This document shows positions 50,080-62,700 of a stretch of 64,000 nt of DNA, piece by piece; the first letter of the stretch is position 1; each line of letters begins with the position of its first letter. The position numbers and the translations under genes are program-made. Origin of the DNA: Vitrella brassicaformis CCMP3155 (lineage: Eukaryota > Protista > Chromerida); NCBI GenBank assembly GCA_001179505.1, contig CDMY01000376.1, positions 62,001 to 126,000 on the forward strand, in the 5' to 3' direction. A model generated the notes under the pieces. The model made no database searches, had not been told where the DNA came from, and was given only the letters and a program-made list of their open reading frames with translations.

Positions 50080-50501
50080 GTGAGTGAGTGCTGGCCGAAG
50101 CAAGCGACAGCTGGGGGATAGAGGGAAAGACGTGATGGACGCGCTAGGGAGACAGAGAGGGAGGGAGGGAGGGAGGAAGGACAGCTAAGGACCATAAGTC
50201 AATTCGTGTGGGCGTGCCTGTGTGGAGGGGTGGTTGATGGACGGATGAGTGGATGGATGGATGGATGGAGGGAGGGAGGGAGGGAGGAGTGGGTGAGGTG
50301 AGTGGGTGGAAGGATGGCGCGCATGCACAGACGACCCATTGTCCCCCTGGCTGGCGCTGGTGTTGTGTTGTGTTGATCGATCGACCGACCTGTCTGTCTG
50401 TAAGCCTGTCTGTCTGTCTGTACGTCTGCCAAACGCTATAAATAGACACATGACCCTCTCTCTCTCTGTGTGTGTGTGCCCTCTGTTGATTGTGTTGTAC
50501 T

Positions 50502-50532
<31 letters not shown>

Positions 50533-51196
50533 CCATACACTTCATTCATTCATTCAACAATGTCCACGCGAAAGCAAAGCAAAGCAAACCATCGCTCAGT
50601 CTGTCGACTGTACAAAAGCCACGAGAGTCTTTACCCCGCTCTCTCTATGTTTGTATGCATCTGTTGAAACGCACCAGAAACGNNNNNNNNNNNNNNNNNN
50701 NNNNNNNNNNNNNNNNNNNNNNNNNNNNNNNNNNNNNNNNNNNNNNNNNNNNNNNNNNNNNNNNNNNNNNNNNNNNNNNNNNNNNNNNNNNNNNNNNNNN
50801 NNNNNNNNNNNNNNNNNNNNNNNNNNNNNNNNNNNNNNNNNNNNNNNNNNNNNNNNNNNNNNNNNNNNNNNNNNNNNNNNNNNNNNNNNNNNNNNNNNNN
50901 NNNNNNNNNNNNNNNNNNNNNNNNNNNNNNNNNNNNNNNNNNNNNNNNNNNNNNNNNNNNNNNNNNNNNNNNNNNNNNNNNNCCCCCCCCCCCCCCCCCA
51001 CACACAGACACGCTCACACACATGAAAGATAGGTACAAAAAATGGTCAGCAGGCAGAGCCCCCAACCATTCTCGTCTTGTCTACCCATTGAGGCTTCACC
51101 CCATCAACCACTCATCCATCCACCCATCATGCATCCGCCGATCCACCGATCTGTGTGTGTATGCAGCCGTGTATGTATTCATTGCCAGGCTATTCT

Positions 51197-51402
51197 TCAT
51201 TCCTTGAAGCTTTCCGCGACGCTCTTGCGGATGTCCTCCCTGACCTCGAGTTCCCTCAGGTTGTACCCGATGGACAGCTGCCACATGCACAGCTGAGCCA
51301 TGGCGCTGCCCGTCTGCTGAGTTATCACGTCACCCTGACCCATCGGAGCCGGCGAACCACCACCCAGACCCTCTACCACCACATGCGTCAGCTGCACACA
51401 TG

Positions 51403-51437
<35 letters not shown>

Positions 51438-52540
51438 GTACATCTGTCTGTTACGTGTGCGCGTGTGCGCATGTGTGCAAACCGCTGTGCTGACCTTCTT
51501 CATAGCGTCGAGGACCTCCTCGTTGATATTCTCGGTGAGCGACCGCATCTGCGCCTCGGGGAGCGACTTGATGTAGTTGAGCAGGTCGTCCTGCCGCTTC
51601 GGCTGCGCCTCCTTGGCCTTGCGGGCCAGCTCCTCCTCCAGCTCACGCACCTCGCTCCGCAGCTCAGCCAGGTACTCGGACGCTGCCACCTCTATCGCCT
51701 CGCCGTTGGCCAAATGGAGCTGGATGTGACCCGACACAGCCGGTGCAGCGAGAGAGGCGGGGGAGGCAGTGGGAGCGGCGGCGGCTGCTGCTGCTAGTTC
51801 GCCCTCCTTGATGCCTGTTGGGACGGTGGCTGGGACGTTCTTGAGCGACTCGGCAAGCGACAGCCTGTACTCGGCGTTCTTGAGCATGTAGCCAGTCATC
51901 TGCAGCTGGAACATCAGGTTGGCCAGCTTCTCGCCTGTCGTCAGGATGGTCGTCTCCAGGGCGTACTTCGGGATGGACCCCAGCAGACCCAACACAGTGG
52001 TCCTCGCCGCGTCCTGCACGCGCTTCGGCGCCGTCTGCACGAAGCGTGCCACCAGCTCATTAGGCGAGAGCCGCGAGACGACGTCGAAGTAGGGATTGCC
52101 CGAGGGCTCTTGCTTGAGGCCCCTGCCCTTCTTGCTGGAGGGCCGTGGGGCGGAGAGGGGGAGGTCGAACTGCAGTGGGGTGGGTTGGCTCTCGTCGAAC
52201 TTGTCACTGTTGTTCTCATTCTCCTTGTCTTTGTCGTCTTCTGGATCGGGCACATAGGGGTCGCCTGGCAGCGACACACTCATCTGCAGGGAGCTCCGCG
52301 GCTGAGAGAGAGAAGACCAACACAACACAGAAAGGTTCGCTGACTGAAGGCAAGGCAGGACGTGCTGTCATCGTCTGTGTCGTGTTGTTGATCTGTCTGC
52401 TGATATATCTGTGCATACCATACCCGGCTTCTGAGTGCCATCCGCTGCCCGTATCCTCTCGCCCTCAACCCGCTCCTCATCCCATAGTCGATTCGAAAGG
52501 CTTCGTTCGCAGATAGACACAGAACGGCCATCACTGCCAT
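51197..52540 (-). CDS. DUF760-family plastid protein (tandem DUF760)
   Basis: NPYFDVVSRLSP, LGLLGSIP, LANLMFQLQMTGYMLKNAEYRLSL, LLNYIKSLPE, WQLSIGYNLRELEVRE. Leader MAVMAVLCLSANEAF; the start could be further upstream. Confidence 0.85.
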
Positions 52541-52898
52541 CAACACTGATGATAGATCCGCCAGCCGCCGCGGTTGCTGCCGTCGATGGTGTCTGTCTGC
52601 CACAGATAAATGCGGCGATGGTGCTCCTGACGGCTCACTGAAAGGTCGAACAGCATCACGCGGATGGAAGACAGTTCCTCTCATCTTGGAATCTAGTGTC
52701 ACGACGACACAGCACCACAATGCCCAGGAGGCCACGTCGTCTTTTGCGAGCCGCACACCTTTGAGATTAGCTCGCAAAACCCCTCTTCAAAACAGCGCAC
52801 ACCCAACACACAAGGGCCATGACGTGGTCTGTGTTGTTCGAGGCAGTGATCCTAGCCTCGAGGAAAGACGAAGCGGATCTCATTGTGATCATGGCCTT

Positions 52899-55800
52899 AT
52901 GACGCTGCTTGCTGTCACATTCACTCTTCTGGGCTTTGTTGTTTTCGCCGATGCGTTCGTTCCGCACTCTTCGTCTTTGGTGCTGCGCTTCCACAGCAAA
53001 CGGCCGGCCAGCCCGCGGCCACTACTGCAGCAACAGCAGCACCAGCAACAGCAGCAGCAGCGGCAGCACTCAGCCGAAGATGCTGCCCGGCTGTGGGAGT
53101 TTGACGACCGGGCGAGCGAGAAAGCGGAGGAGTGGACGCGGGATGAGGTGAAGGAGGCGTCGATCCTGGTCGATGAGATACAGCACAAGCAGGGAGAGGC
53201 CGACGGGCAAGGGCAAGGTGTGGCTGATGGCGGTGAGGTCGAGGATGCGGACGCTTCAGTGGGCTACATACGTGACCTCGATGAGATCCTCATGGAGCGC
53301 GCCATTCGGTACTATGACCCGCGGGAGAGCCACATCAAGCGGAGGGAGAAATGCTTCCTTGTCGGGCTGGAGGTATGTATGGACACACACCATACCTACC
53401 CACGACACACCTAGAGCTCGGAACACGGCCATGGCACTAGTGTGTCCTCTCTATCTCCCCTCTCGCACATCCATCCGCAGATGAAGAGGCAGCCCGGCTC
53501 CCGCAGCAGCGACGGATCATCGCAGGAGGACGAGTTTACGCTCGAGGAGTCGCTGGGCGAGCTGAGTGAGCTGGCCGGCACGGCCGGGCTGGAGGTGGTC
53601 GGCTCCACTTACCAACGCGTCGCAAAGCCTAACGCAAAGACATTCATTGGGCCGGGCAAGGTGAGAGAGATGCCTACGTGTTTGTGCGGATTGGCGGCAT
53701 GGCATATGTGTCCTTCCCCTCTCTCTGTTGGTATGTGTGTCAGGTGAATGAGATTCGGCGGTCGATGCAGGCGTTGGGCTGCAAGACCGCCATCATCGAT
53801 GCAGAGCTGACGCCTGCACAGCAGAAGGTCCAAACACACACCCACACAACACAACCACACTGAGGTCTATACACACATGTCTGTCTGCCTGCTCCACAGA
53901 ACCTGGAAGAGGCCTTTGGCGGCATCCCGGGCGGCATCAAGGTTCTCGACCGTACAGCACTGATCCTGGACATCTTCGCGCAGCACGCCCGAACCCGAGA
54001 AGGCAAGCTGCAGGTGGAGCTGGCCTTGGCGCAATACAGGCTGCCTCGCCTGACTCGGCTATGGACGCATTTGGAGCGTCAGGTGGGCGGCAAGGGGGGT
54101 GAGGGCAGCGTGGGGCTGCGGGGGCCTGGCGAGAGTCAGATTGAGACGGATCGACGGCTGCTGTATGACCAAATCCTCACTCTGCAGAAGCGGCTCGACA
54201 AGGTGGGTGGGATGATGGGCATGTGTGTGCATGAGGCAAGCAAGACATTTGTGTGTGTGTGTTCGGGTGGGTGTGTTGTGCTGTTGATCGATGTAGGTGA
54301 AGCAGCACCGGGAGATGCATCGCAAGCGTCGGAAGAAGCTGGGCATGCCCGTCATTGCCCTCGTGGGCTACACCAACACGGGCAAATCCACCATACTCAA
54401 CGCTCTCACTCGCGCGGGAGTCCTCGCCGGTGTGGTGTGGCACGCGCACAACATATGGTGCACAGACCCAGCTCACATGCTCCATGTCGTGTTGTTTGTG
54501 TGTTATTAGAGCCGATGCTGTTCGCCACACTTGACCCGACCACACGCAAGATTCGATTGCCGGGGAGCAGCATACACCCAGAGGTGCTCGTGACAGACAC
54601 CGTCGGCTTCATACAGGTGCCTTCCAACCACACACACCACACACACATGTCGCCTGAGTGCGTGTCATTCCAACGGTTCAGAAGCTGCCCACGACCTTGG
54701 TGGCATCGTTCCGCGCGACGCTCGAGGAGGTGCGTGAGGCGGATGTGATAGTGCACATGGTGGACAAGAGCAACCCCCTCAACGACAAGCAGCAGCGGGC
54801 CGTCCTGGGGGTGCTGCACGAGCTAGAGTGTGACGACAAGCCCATCGTCACCGTGTGGAACAAAATCGACCTGCTGGACGACCCAGGTCTGTTGGTGCTC
54901 GTGAGAGAGTGTTGTCTGTACTCGTGCATTGACTGACGTTTGTGTGATTGTGTGTGTATCAGGTCAAGTGCAGATCGACGCTGCGCTTGCAGGTTGCGTG
55001 GCGGTGTCAGCCAAGACGGCCATGGGCATGGAGGATGTCACTGCCGCACTGGGGGATGCACTCGAGAAGCTCCTGCAACCGATAGAGGTGCTCACGCAAA
55101 CATATTCAGTGAAGATCCATCCATCCATGTGGATGTGTGTGTCGGTATGTTCTGTGTGTCACAGGTTGACATTCCCTACGCTGAGGGCCAGCTGGTGTCA
55201 AAGGTGTTCGAACTGGGCACAGGTATGCAACGACACACACACACACACACATGCAGCTACCTCCACACCACACACACACCGACCGTCGCGTCGTCTTGCT
55301 TGTGCCCTCTTGCTGCACCTCAGTTGATTTTGTCGAGTACCGAGAGGGCTCGACCTACCTGTCGGCCAAGGTGCCGGTGGACCTGCTGGGCAGGCTGGAG
55401 CCCTACCTGGTCCAAGAGGACGACACGCAACAGCAGCAGGAGGATGGTGCTGGCGAGCCCACCAAACCTGAGAGTCGGGAGAGAGAGGTGGACTGGAATG
55501 CCATCGCCAAGAGAAGGTGGGCCAGGCGGACGGGAAACGGCATGATGATGCACATGTACACATTATTCCGCAATCCATGTGGGCGTGCAACAGACACAGG
55601 GTCCGCGATCGCACCCACGAGCTCATCTGGGGGGAAAACTCACAACACCAGGAGCAGCAGCAGGAGGAGCAGCCAACACCCAAGACCCCCGTCGCAGCCC
55701 CAGCAGCTGTCCAAGCCTCTTCAAACAGCCGCCCACATGTGAAGCCGCACGTGCCACCATCACCGTCCCCAGCAGCATTACAACCGCCAGCAGTGACCAT

Positions 55801-55957
55801 GTCGACCACCCCCATGCAGCCTCAGCTGCTGCACGGTGGTCACCTGTCCCTGTCCCCCCCGGCCGAGGCCGAGGACCTCCATTACCACCAGCTCAAGGAG
55901 CAGATGGAGCACGACGCGCTGCAGCTGTGGCTGGAAATGACACACACGGGGTCATGA
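52899..55957 (+). CDS. hflX: Plastid-targeted HflX GTPase
   Basis: Leader [58 protein letters not shown]1 [30 protein letters not shown]. The final exon is uncertain (55742 or 55957). Confidence 0.93.
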
Positions 55958-56661
55958 ACCACACATGGACACTTGACATGACAGACAGGGAGGGGGGAGG
56001 AGGGCGGGTGGTGTTGGCTGATTTTCGCTCACTGCCTTGGTGGGCAGTAGACAGATAGACAGGTATGGTTTTTTCTTGCCTGTCAGTCAGTCAGTCGAGT
56101 CGGTTGTATCGTGACAGTTTGTGTTTTGGGGTGTCGGCGGCCGTCTGCGTGGATGAAGTTGTGACAATATCGAGGCGCAGAGTTTTTGGCGTGTGAGCGA
56201 GCTGACGTGATGCGATTGATGCATATGTGTTTAAGTCAGAGAGCGAGGGGAGTCTGGGGGAGGGAGGAAGGGTCACCACTTTTCACCTAGTAGAGGGAGG
56301 GTATCCGTGTGTGTGTGTGGTTGGTGCATCCCTGTGTTTGTGACCGTACACGTAGAAGCCCATCGACCGACCGACGGACAGGCAGCCATTGTGGGCGGCC
56401 CCTGCGGTTGGTCTGACACATGGGGAGAGTTTTCGGCGTGCCAACGCAGCCCTTCTACGGTCTATAACATACATAGATGTGATGTGTGTAGACAAATTAT
56501 ATGTTTGCATCATTCACTGCCTGATGGATGGACGAGTGCTCGAGTGTGTCCTGTCCTCACAAGACCTTATGTGTGAGGACAACTGGACTGACCGAGGGCA
56601 GGCCCACACAAGTGTCTATCGTCTTGATTCGCACCCTGCAGACACACGACAGAAACAACCT

Positions 56662-57138
56662 TCACAAGACACATGGCTGGGGACCCTGCTTACGCAGGAT
56701 GGCGCTGTATGGCGGCCCGGGGATCTGCAGCTGCGCCACCGTCCCGTTGGCATCCCTCGCACGCACCCGCATCACAATCGGCCCAAAGGCTATCGCTTCA
56801 GGCGTGCCCACCTTGCACCTGTACTTCCACTTATTCTTGGCCACATCAACCGCCAGCTCTGTCGGGAAGGGGTCCGTCACGAAGTGCTCGATGTCGATGT
56901 GCACCGATGGGTCGGATGACGGGCTGCCGTCGGTACCGGTGTCCATGGTTAGTTGTACGAGACTGTTGCGCGACGAGGTGGCGTTGGCTCTGAGCAGGTG
57001 GCCGCTGACGCCGTGGTTGTAGAAGGCAGTGAACTTGGGGGGCGGGTAGATGCAGCCGAGAGAGAGGCAAAGGGAGGGAGGCGGGAGACGAAGGATGGCC
57101 AAAGCAGCGCCAACAGCACACAAATGAGCCCGTTTCAT
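56662..57138 (-). CDS. Putative secreted beta-rich protein; 3' exons unresolved
   Basis: 158-aa ORF with a hydrophobic N-terminus and non-repetitive composition. A strong gtaagc donor near 56694 suggests further exons down to about 56200. Confidence 0.4.
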   Translation of the reverse strand: MKRAHLCAVGAALAILRLPPPSLCLSLGCIYPPPKFTAFYNHGVSGHLLRANATSSRNSLVQLTMDTGTDGSPSSDPSVHIDIEHFVTDPFPTELAVDVAKNKWKYRCKVGTPEAIAFGPIVMRVRARDANGTVAQLQIPGPPYSAILRKQGPQPCVL

Positions 57139-57223
57139 GCTTTTTTTTATCGAGCCTCGTGCACTATTTCGCTCTGTTTCCTTCGGGTGAGATGGGTTTT
57201 TAGGAAGGAAGAAAGCGACGGAA

Positions 57224-57914
57224 ATGTTTGAGGTGAGGCGAGCAACGCAGGCACATGCATCACGTACGCCATGAGAGATGTCTTGTTTCCTTTTTTGCCA
57301 GGATTATCAACAGGAGTTTGAGACGCTCGCCAAGTTTGTCGAGGAGCAGCTGAGCAGCGATGCATCCGCCTCGGCTGCAGCCGTCGGCTCCAAACTGAGG
57401 GAAATGGAACGTACGCGCAGCAAAACACCACACACTTAGAGCGAGGCTGCTTCCACCCCACCTGCCCTCTCTTCTTCTCTCACATGCAGGCACTCTCGAG
57501 CGTATGGAGATGGAGTGCCGCGGCCTGCAGCCGCCGAGGCGCACCGCATCCCAGAAGAAACTCACCTCCCTCCGCGCCACCCTCGACGACCTCCGACACA
57601 GATCCCTCCTCGCATCACTCGACTCGTCCACCTCCGACACAGCACGACAACGCCCGCCCATCGACTCCTCCGCAGAGAGGGAGAAGTGGCGTCAGCAGAT
57701 TGACAAGATGGCCGAGGGCAGCAGGCGGCTGGAGGAGGCGAGGAGGATGGCGGCGGAGAGCGAGGGGGTTGGCGAGATGACGGTGGGTGAGCTGCGGCGG
57801 CAGCGGGAGCAGATCCAGGGGATCAAGGCCAACGTGGGGAGGGTGCAGGCCAACGTGGACGAGAGCGAGGGGATGCTCAAACGCATGTCGCGCTGGTGGA
57901 ACAGACTCATATAG
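57224..57914 (+). CDS. Vti1-like Qb-SNARE apparently lacking a C-terminal TM anchor
   Basis: MFE|DYQQEF (Vti1-type start), Habc helices, SNARE motif SRRLEEARRMAAESEGVGEMTVGELRRQREQI...MLKRMSRWWNRLI*. Confidence 0.8.
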
Positions 57915-59786
57915 AGAGGGGAGGGGGCAAGGGGGAGGGGGGTGAGAGAGTTTCTTTTCTTGTTTTCGCCTGCCTGCCTGCCTGGCTGCCTGCCTGCCTG
58001 CCGGCCAGTGTTGCTGTTGATAGCTGGTGTACATGAATCATCCATGCCATGGAGGGCAGGCTGGGCTGCCCCCTGGTTGGGTTGTGATGCTGTCTTCTTT
58101 GTTTGTTACTCCCGACCCACATTCGCTTGCTCACGCGCATACATGTATCCCCGTCGGTTCCCGTGGCTCAAGCTTGTGGTGTCACTGCAAGCTGGAGCTG
58201 CGTCAACCGATAGGGATGTGTGTGCTCGGACTTGCCGATGTGGCTACGCTATGGCAAGAGTGTTCTGTTGCATTCTGATGCTGTATCGTCTCGTGCCGTC
58301 ACCGAGTCCCCTTTGCTGGCTCGGCCACATCCGTCGACACCAGGGAACTCCGCTCCCACTTGCCTTGTCAGTGCGAGTTGGGGCTGGGTGACCTGGTGGG
58401 GACTTGTGTGGTGGAGCTATGCTATGGCAAGGACATGTTGTTGTGCTCAGAGGTCGATCGACGAACCTTTTCTGTGTTCAACCATGTACATTTCAGTCGA
58501 ACGAACATGCGAGGAAGGGTCCAGAAAATGTACGTAACGTCCATTAGGCATGCAAATCAGCGCATCCATCCCATCATATGCACGATGCTTGATAAAGTTA
58601 CGTAGTAGTAACGCCTCCCTCCCTCCCCCTTAGTATGACCACAAGCAGAGCATAGTGGCACCCACATGAATGACACCATTCAAGATACATGCTCCTCAGA
58701 AAACAGTGGGGACGGGACGGGTGGTACATGTGACGTTGAAAAAGACACTAGGACGCCACAACACAGTCAGTGATCGATTCAATCCTCCTCTGTCTCTGGT
58801 ACGTGATGCCCTGTACGTACGTCACTGACAAAACCATCCATCTCTCTGTGGGGCGTCCCTCCCTCCTCTCTTGGTGGTCGCAGGAGTGTACAGACAGACA
58901 GACAAGGGAGTGAGTGACGCACGGATTGATGGATGGAAGAGCCTGCCTGCCTGCAGCGTGGCTAGTGTACAGGGCTGCTGATGGTGTGTGTGGGGGACAC
59001 ATACAGTTGACAAAGAGCGAGTTGGCAGTAGGTATTCTGGGCGGATGTACTAGCTGAGCTGACGAACTCCCCCCCCCCCCCCCNNNNNNNNNNNNNNNNN
59101 NNNNNNNNNNNNNNNNNNNNNNNNNNNNNNNNNNNNNNNNNNNNNNNNNNNNNNNNNNNNNNNNNNNNNNNNNNNNNNNNNNNNNNNNNNNNNNNNNNNN
59201 NNNNNNNNNNNNNNNNNNNNNNNNNNNNNNNNNNNNNNNNNNNNNNNNNNNNNNNNNNNNNNNNNNNNNNNNNNNNNNNNNNNNNNNNNNNNNNNNNNNN
59301 NNNNNNNNNNNNNNNNNNNNNNNNNNNNNNNNNNNNNNNNNNNNNNNNNNNNNNNNNNNNNNNNNNNNNNNNNNNNNNNNNNNCCCCCCCCCCCCCCCTC
59401 CCCTCTCCTCCCCTTCCCTCCTCTCTTCTGCATATACACACACAGACACGCAGATCAGCGATTGGGTATAGACGGACGGCTGACACGCACTCATTCATGC
59501 AGCGAATGCCGACTAATCAATCATGTCACGTACGTTGATTGACAAAACGGACAAACGGGCAGACAACATTCGTCGATCGGTATTCATACACGCACAACGT
59601 ATGTATGGAACTATATAAGTATGCATGTAATAAACACACACATGCACACACACAGACAGACAGACAGAAGACCAGCATGCAAGCGACATGCACGAATCCC
59701 TCCCTCCCTTTCTCCCTCCCACCCCCACCCCCACCCCCACCCCCTGTGTGTCTGTGTGTGCACATTCAATTCAATCTACTCACTAC

Positions 59787-62700
59787 TCACCCACCCCCTT
59801 GTGGTATACGATGGCCATACCCCGCCGGTTGCCGTCTGGCCAAGAGTATGGCCTGAATGGTCTGCATATTGCGGTGGCTCTGCTGGTGCAGGGCCTGCAC
59901 GCTGCGATAGAGGGCACCCAACGCGTCGTCAGGCAAAGACTGCAACGCGCTAGGGTTCAACCTGCACACATCCATCCAATCCACACAGACGGACACAAGG
60001 CATGCACTCCTGCTTTGCTGTGCTGTGTTTGTCGGCGTGCGGGAGGGTGTGGGGCTCACTCGCTTTGTATCTGCCTCAGTTCGTTGTCCTTGGCGGCCAG
60101 CAGGGCCTCGGCGTGACGAAGCTGAGCATCGTGATCAACTCTGACACACGGACAGAAGGGACACGTGTGTCGATGCCCCGTCGGTAAGTGCATCCCTTTT
60201 CCCGTCGCTCTCGCTCACACACATTGTCCGTCTGAGTGTTTCGATTTCCTCTGTCGAGCGCACCAGCACGCGGCGGAGGCCCTCACTCTCCTCCCTGTGC
60301 ACCAACGCACAGACACGCAGACAGAGGAATCAGACACACGGATGGATGGATGGACGGACGGCTGCTTGGTTTGCTCACTCGTGCTGCTGCCTCTGATGTA
60401 CGTGCGCCGCCCTCTCCTGGGCTAGCTCCGATGACAGCACCCGACTGACACAGAGAAAATGGGTACAGAAAGATATTCGTCTGCGGGCCTGTGTGTGTGT
60501 GTGTGCGTGTATCACTTACTTGTGTTGCTGGACGGCCTGCAGCCGCGCCACGTCCGATCGGTGCCGCTTGTCACGAGATGTAACGACCTCACTGCAGTGC
60601 ACGGAGGCCATTGACCTCATGTGGTTTGTTTCCATTCCTTCCATTTCTTACACGTATGCCTCGACTTGCTCGACAGCCTTGTGCAGCTTGGCCACCCCCT
60701 CCCGCAGCACACCCTCAATCCTCGACCGCTCCTCCCGCACCTCCTTGGCACCGGGCGTCACCACACCACCGCCACCATGATGCGCACTGCCGTCTGCCGC
60801 CCGTCGATGGTGATGATGCTGCTGTTTGCCCTGCTGCAGCGGGGGGAACGCCGTCTCGCTGTCAAGGTCGATGCGCGGTGTGGTGTAGACTGTCTCGGCG
60901 CGTGAAGATGTGTACAGACCACCCCCAGCGCCCCCTCCAGCCCCTCCCCCCTTGGCCCGCATCTGCGTCTGCATCTGTTGTTCAGCGGTTTCCTCCTCAG
61001 GAATGGGTGAGGGCGGTGAGCGGTTGGGCGGCGTGAACGCGTCGAGATGCAGCCGCAGATAGGCCTGCAGGTCAGTGAGGGCCCGGAGTGGTGGTGAGCG
61101 GGGCGTGTCGTCCCCCTCTCCCCCTCCCCGTCCCCCTCCCTCTCCCTCCTGCTGCTGCTGATGGTGCTGGTGTTGGTGGTCCTGTATCGGCAGCTGGAAT
61201 GGGCCGACAACGGTTGGCGTGGGGTCGTTCTCGGCGGTAGGTGATGTCTGCGACAGTGCTGGTGGGTCGGCAGGGACTGCCAGCGGTGTGTCGTGGTCCT
61301 GGTCTCCCTCACGGTGGCCATCGTCATCATCATCGTGACGCAACATGTCCAAACGAAGCTCCTCTGACGCCTGATGATACCCGACACACACACGCCGACA
61401 GTGCACACCTCCATCCATCCAGCCAGCCATCCATCCATCCATCTAGCCACCCTTCTTTGCTCTTACATGTCCGAAGATCTCGGCCAGCAGGGCATCCTCC
61501 TCACCCACACCCACACCGGCCCCATTCCTGGACCCACGCGAGCCGGGCCGAGCAGGCGCCATACCACCAACCGCAGGCGGCAGCGGCAGCCGCACCCCAG
61601 CGTCGGGAATCGACGCACTCGATGACGCATGCTCATGCTCGCCTGTCCGCGCGCCCCCCTCCTGTTTTGCTTCCTCTGCGTTGGTCTGGTGCGATGGGTC
61701 TCTGCCGTTGACGGGCAGCGGACTGAGCAGGAAGGGCCAGGCGTGACGCGAGTCACCCGTGCAGAAGCCGGAGAACGACGCGGAAGGGGTGGACGCTTGC
61801 GGCTGTTGGTTGCTGCCGTTCCCATCCGTCCACTGGTGCGGGTGGTCCAGACCCACCTCCACCTCCACCTCTCCCTCCCCCTCTGCCTCGCCGTCGCCGT
61901 CAATGTCATCATCCCACCCATCGGCATCCTTGTCGTGTTCGTCCTCATCGAGCTGGTCGTCATCGATGGAGGGCTGGTGTCGTGAGTCGGCCGCACTGGA
62001 TGAGGACACCGGCAGGCGGCCCAGCACGGGGGTGTTGCGACGCCTCGCCTGGCGTGCGCCCTCGGCCGGGGTCAGGTTGGGCTCGCCCTGACCAAGAAGG
62101 GCAGACAAAAGCAAAGCGGTATGTGTGGTGGATGGGGTGAGTGTTCCGTCATTTGGTCGCGTACCTCGTCCCAGAGGTGTAGCTGTCTGCGCCACAGTCG
62201 CACACGGCTGTCAAAATGACGCTTGGGACAGCACTGCAGTGCACATGAGAAAGGGCGGACACACGCAGGAGAGAGTGTGGTGTGGTGTGGTGTGTCCACA
62301 GACATACGTACTTATCCATCCATCCATCCATCCATGTATGTATCTCTCTCTGTATACCTCGTGTATGTTGGGTGTTTGTGGGTGCAGACTGTCGCTCCAG
62401 TGGGGCTTGCGGCGGTCCTTAGGCACATGGGCACTGTACTGACGATACCCCTCCGTGTCCTGCAGGACAGACACACACACACACACACACACACACCGAC
62501 ACGAGCACACGAATGAGTGCCGCACCCACCGCATACGTGCAGTGAAGTGCAGGAAAGCCATACAATCCTGATGGCCCGTGGTTGTGTATTGATTGAGTCT
62601 TGGCTCGCTCACCTTCCCAATCTCAATCTGCCGGCCGCGCTGTAACAGACGATGCTCATCCAACTCTGAAATGACCATAAATGCACGCACGTCAATCACA

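Larger units (their letters stand above)
5116..59383. other. Seven assembly gaps of exactly 300 N: 5116-5415, 6367-6666, 7844-8143, 13738-14037, 47489-47788, 50683-50982, 59084-59383
   Basis: Identical lengths indicate placeholders. Each abuts a long poly-C or poly-G run on at least one side. Confidence 0.95.

Noticed and set aside
56091-56661. Downstream exons or a frameshifted pseudogene of the 56662-57138 gene
   Set aside because: The obvious gtaagc donor joined to the next acceptor gives an early stop, and alternative joins are equally plausible. It cannot be called without transcripts.
58228-58440. Imperfect ~35-bp duplication (ggacttg...gcta(c/t)gctatggcaag at about 58243 and 58416) and short ORFs 58220-58605
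   Set aside because: Only two degenerate copies, no consistent exon model and no domain; most likely 3' UTR or intergenic sequence.
4896-59498. ORFs containing long X runs
   Set aside because: Artefacts of translating through 300-N gaps.
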